A DNA stretch of 61,715 nucleotides, the filler included, from Diploschistes diacapsis (Eukaryota), in NCBI GenBank assembly GCA_023645945.1. It is 5 parts of 5 records of this genome, joined end to end, with 100 filler letters (N's around TTAATTAATTAA, not from the genome) between each part and the next. Parts side by side here need not be neighbours in the genome. Positions count along the whole stretch, not along the records: positions 58,520 to 61,715 come from JALAIB010001980.1; 4 more parts are not named here. One strand, 5' to 3'. The position numbers and the translations under genes are program-made. The stretch's first letter is position 1. Every line of letters begins with the position of its first letter. This document shows positions 59,669-61,715 of this stretch, one piece after another. A model generated the notes under the pieces. The model ran no database searches and had not been told where the DNA came from. It saw only the letters and a list, made by a program, of their open reading frames with translations.

Positions 59669-61715
59669 TGTGATATTATAAACACAAGGCGCGCTGTCTA
59701 GGGAGACTTCCCTTGCTGTAGTAGGTAGGTAGTCGTAGGTGGTGTAGTAGGTGAATGTAGTGTGATCTCGTAGTCAACAGCATACCCAGATAGGACATTT
59801 ATGAGGTATAGGATGCATTTCCTGTCTAGAACTACCTAGCAGGCCTCTTTAAATGGAGCTGCTTTGTAAAGATTACTCTTATTAAGTCTACCGCTTACTT
59901 TTATGTTTATATACGACCTCCCTTTTAATAGTTCGCTGTCTTATAGCGAACTTTATACAAATCTTTTTAGTAGGAAATTTCTATCCCGCTATCTATATTT
60001 TAATATAATCCTATATCTTCCAGGTAATCGAAATACCGAATAGCTTATTATTTTTAATATTTCCTTCTCGACATAATTATACTTCTGGACCTATTTCTTT
60101 GCATTTTATTTTCTCGAACACGGTAGGACAGAAAGGCGGTGATTATTTAAAAACATCCTTAACTTCCACCGTATCTATATCATCCGTAAATATTCTTTTA
60201 AAAACATTCTTATCTTTTATAATGTTTATACCATCCGTCATTATTCCGTCAGGCAGGTATAACCAGTAGCACGTCCTCCCCGTTCTTTATTTCTATTTCC
60301 TTCCTCGCCACATCTCTCGAGCAAGTAACAGTAAATAAATAAGTAGGTAAGCAGATCAACACACAAACCATAAATAAGTAAGAAAGCATTAAGTAGAAAG
60401 ATTAATTATATAAAAAAACTATTAGTAAGATAGCATCAAGCAAGTAGATAAATGAGTATATATATTATAAAGCTAGTAGATAAGTAAATAATCACGTAAG
60501 TAAATAAATAAATAGTATTCTATCTTATTATAAGCCCTTAGGGCCCTATAATACTGACGCCTGTGCCCGATTTTTAATTATATAGTTCTTAACCGGAACC
60601 GCTTCGTTCTTTCTTAAGCTATTAATTTTCTTTTTTAGAAAGGTAATATCGCTAATATCCGTAAACCTTTCCTTTTATTTATCCTTCTTTATTCGTAGTG
60701 TTCCCATTTTTTCTACACTTAAATCCAAATTATTCGTAAAATCATTTTTATCGTTATCGTCCTCGTTCTCATCTTTTTTTTTATTCTCGTTAAGAGGAGG
60801 CGCAAACCTCTTTACCTTCCAGTAACTTATTCCTTCGTTCCTCATTGTTCTAAAGAAGCTCTTTCTAATAGGATTATATAGGCTGTATTTTATTAACCTA
60901 ATAGCGAGAAAATGTTATTTCAATACCAAAATTATCTTTATAATCCATTCCCGAAAATAAATATTCTTAGTCTTCGATCGAAAAATCTTTATTTATTCTT
61001 CCATAATTAGAAGATCCGTCCATCTTCTCCTTCCTACCAGCGCGTTAGAGATAATTTTAAATCCAATAACCTGAATCACTGCCCTAAAGGAATACGACAC
61101 GCTTCTATATATGTTGTGAAGATCTGATGATGACGAAAATCTAGGTACAAAATCCCTATACGTAACCGATAACTGTTCCCACGTATCGGCACCGGCAATG
61201 TCCAAGACTTGATAGTCTGCTTAAATACCCACGTATCAAAATAACATTATTCTACGGATATGTTTAGTAAACATAGTTTCGTAAAATAGTTCGGGCTTCG
61301 ATATTCGGACGTTTCTTTTTAAACAAGGTTACGTAATAAACTTTAAACCGCTTTACTTCTTATTATACGAAATTTATATCTTTTTATTAATTATATATAT
61401 TAATCCGTCTTTTAATATCAATCCTTCTTTTTATCGAGATTACAATATCTTTTATTATTTATAGATCTTTTTTTATTTCCTTAAAAGTAATTCCGTGTAA
61501 TCGTCTTTAATTTTATTATTAAGGCTAACAGACCTTTAGATAATGTTATGTCTAACATTACTTTTAACATACCGACGTAGGTTAATATTAATATAACGAA
61601 AACTAGTTTTATCGTTAAGAGATTCAGTTTTTATATAATACGGGTAGTTTATTAATTATAAGTTATAATCGGGACGTAAGGCGACGTATAGTAAGTAATA
61701 GAATAAATACTGTCG
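59669..61715. mobile_element. Unidentified RIP'd repetitive DNA, possibly a nested element starting with TG at ~59669; carries a stop-interrupted minus-strand reading frame (~60530-61715)
   Basis: Copia pol-like coding stops abruptly. The sequence is AT-rich and TpA-rich, with a long mostly open minus frame that includes ORF 60993-61205. Family not recognised. Confidence 0.45.

Overview
Filamentous ascomycete (Pezizomycotina) genomic DNA with GT/GC-AG introns and RIP-degraded transposons. It is assembled from five pieces joined by four artificial 100-nt N/TTAATTAATTAA spacers, so adjacency across the spacers is unproven. Conserved genes: hsp60, cpr6 (Cyp40), rrp6, mdm35, gpi1. Accessory genes: FAD monooxygenase, SDR pseudogene, DUF2828/VWA protein, amino-acid permease, F-box protein, cystathionine gamma-synthase-like, FSH1 hydrolase, a secreted LYAR-repeat precursor and a VOC/glyoxalase protein. 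There are also RIP'd Ty3/gypsy and Ty1/copia relics. Main result: manual splicing of 3.3-25.3 kb reveals nine highly diverged genes (labelled A-I; eight apparently intact, one apparently decayed). Each encodes one N-terminal Myb/SANT-like three-helix domain plus a charged, disordered tail. The ORF track misses most of these domains because introns split them. The members share intron positions, 5'-UTR introns and psi-K-x-E (SUMO consensus) motifs, and an ancient ~15 x 54-bp tandem array lies inside the cluster. Also notable is a 92-aa membrane protein gene whose stop codon lies only 19 nt before the gpi1 ATG, a candidate bicistronic locus. All gene models are manual predictions from sequence only; no database searches were run.
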